Assembly: GCF_006345805.1 (NCBI RefSeq)
Contig: NC_043012.1
Coordinates: 13,516,001-13,580,000, forward strand
From: Octopus sinensis
Lineage: Eukaryota
Direction: 5' to 3'
DNA length: 64,000 nt
Shown here: positions 63,408 to 64,000 of the stretch, in pieces
Numbering within the stretch: the first letter of the stretch is position 1
How the letters are laid out: each line of letters starts with the position of its first letter
The notes under the pieces: generated by a model
Seen by the model: the letters and a program-made list of their open reading frames with translations, nothing else
Database searches by the model: none
What the model was told of the DNA's origin: nothing
Position numbers and translations under genes: made by a program

Positions 63408-63438
<31 letters not shown>

Positions 63439-63928
63439 TAATAGTTATCGCCATACTATTATGGTAGTCTATAAATATAAGAGTAAGGCTGTCGCTGATT
63501 AGTATGGCGATAACTATTAATATCCAGTAAAGCTGCCGTAATCTCCTTTAGAGATACTTAGTTAATTTTAATATTTCTATTATATATATATATATATGTA
63601 TATATAAATATATATATATGTATATGTATATATAAATATGCATATGTATATATATATATATATAGATAGATAGATATGTCCATACACACTTTTTTACATG
63701 CTCATATAGACATCTCTCTACTCACACACGCATATACTTATACATGTATATGCATATATATGCATAAATATAGACACACACATACGTATATATGCATACG
63801 CAACTTTATCCTCGCATAGATGTATGCCTACATTTATACTAGACATTTATACAAATAAATACACTCATACACAAACATAAGCATATACATATATTCATAC
63901 TTGTGCAGGCATACATTCGCACACGCTG

Positions 63929-64000
<72 letters not shown>

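Overview
AT-rich, microsatellite-dense animal genomic DNA, most likely from an octopod cephalopod. This is inferred from the gene family and repeat landscape, not from a database search. The first ~29 kb hold a tandem, minus-strand array of six single-exon Cys-loop (pentameric ligand-gated ion channel) genes or gene relics with the hallmarks of cephalopod chemotactile receptors (CRs; nAChR-derived, lacking the acetylcholine-binding aromatic cage and loop-C vicinal cysteines). Two ORFs are intact (A 1562-2710, F 26119-27246), one full-length copy carries a single 1-bp frameshift (D 15923-17061), and three are relics (B, C, E). The copies were duplicated together with kb-scale flanks and then cut by deletions, an inversion-duplication and a perfect 80-bp palindrome, which reads as gene birth-and-death in progress. 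The remaining ~35 kb contains no host gene I can support and is a transposon graveyard. It holds a near-full-length Tx1/L1-clade retrotransposon sitting in GATA repeats, an R4/Dong-type fragment bracketed by (TAA)n, CR1, Helitron, mariner and Penelope-like fragments, tRNA-derived SINEs, several fold-back elements, and three hammerhead-ribozyme-like motifs, one with an intact catalytic core. All alignments and counts were done by eye and should be verified computationally.
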